Assembly: GCA_963758525.1 (NCBI GenBank)
Contig: CAVWVQ010000003.1
Coordinates: forward strand, 1,568,001 to 1,632,000
Source: an uncultured Phycisphaerales bacterium
Lineage (GTDB): Bacteria; Planctomycetota; Phycisphaerae; Tepidisphaerales; Tepidisphaeraceae
DNA: 64,000 bases
Reading direction: 5' to 3'
The position numbers and the translations under genes were made by a program. Below the pieces are notes generated by a model. It did not search any database. It saw only the letters and a program-made list of their open reading frames with translations, and was not told where the DNA came from. This document shows positions 63,729 through 64,000 of this stretch, in pieces. How positions within the stretch are numbered: position 1 is the first letter of the stretch; each line of letters begins with the position of its first letter.

Positions 63729-64000
63729 TTATGCGGCTATCTCAGCGGTCCCGACGGCCTCCGCCTTCAGCCGGCTACGAGCCAGCTTCGCGTATTGTGG
63801 ATTCAGCTCGATGCCGAGGAAGCGGCGGCCATTGCGGACCGCCGCCACTCCGGTCGTGGCGGTGCCAGCAAAACAATCAAGAATCAGTTCGTCCCTGTCG
63901 CTCGTGGCAAGCACAAACTGCTCCACCAGTTCCAGCGGGAAAGTCGCGAAGTGGTCTAGCCGAGACCGTGCCGTAGCACATTCGATCACATCCCGCGGAA
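63729..64000 (-). CDS. Site-specific DNA methyltransferase (N4C/N6A, beta class), C-terminal part
   Basis: HFATFPLELV, ILDCFAGTATTGVAA, FLGIELNPQY. Confidence 0.88.
   Translation of the reverse strand, partial: PRDVIECATARSRLDHFATFPLELVEQFVLATSDRDELILDCFAGTATTGVAAVRNGRRFLGIELNPQYAKLARSRLKAEAVGTAEIAA

Larger units (their letters stand above)
61127..64000. mobile_element. End of a tRNA-integrated genomic island/prophage (continues beyond the window)
   Basis: tRNA fragment, nearby GGTGACA direct repeats (about 61200-61230), visible drop in GC content, defence-like genes. Confidence 0.65.

Overview
High-GC bacterial chromosome segment, most likely from a planctomycete (Phycisphaerae/Tepidisphaerales-like). 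This is inferred from five secreted proteins with the LExRxLL N-terminal motif, a giant secretin, DUF4058 and several Uma2 genes. Many housekeeping genes (murA, asnB, pyk, tal, adh, a response regulator) carry single-base frameshifts, which most likely reflect an unpolished long-read assembly. The window holds a probable replication origin (clustered DnaA boxes, DnaA-trio-like run, AT-rich tract) directly upstream of dnaN with no adjacent dnaA. It also holds dciA, gyrA, central-metabolism genes, a PilT/PilU ATPase and a fused indolepyruvate:ferredoxin oxidoreductase with an in-frame palindromic repeat insertion. Accessory content includes several decayed toxin-antitoxin loci, two divergent HypB-like GTPases lacking metal ligands next to a PAS kinase/NarL pair, and several families of REP-like and short-repeat palindromes. 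At the right end is the edge of a tRNA-Arg-integrated island carrying SIR2/AbiH-like, GIY-YIG-like, DUF3574-like and DNA methyltransferase genes. All family calls come from motifs recognised by eye, not from database searches.
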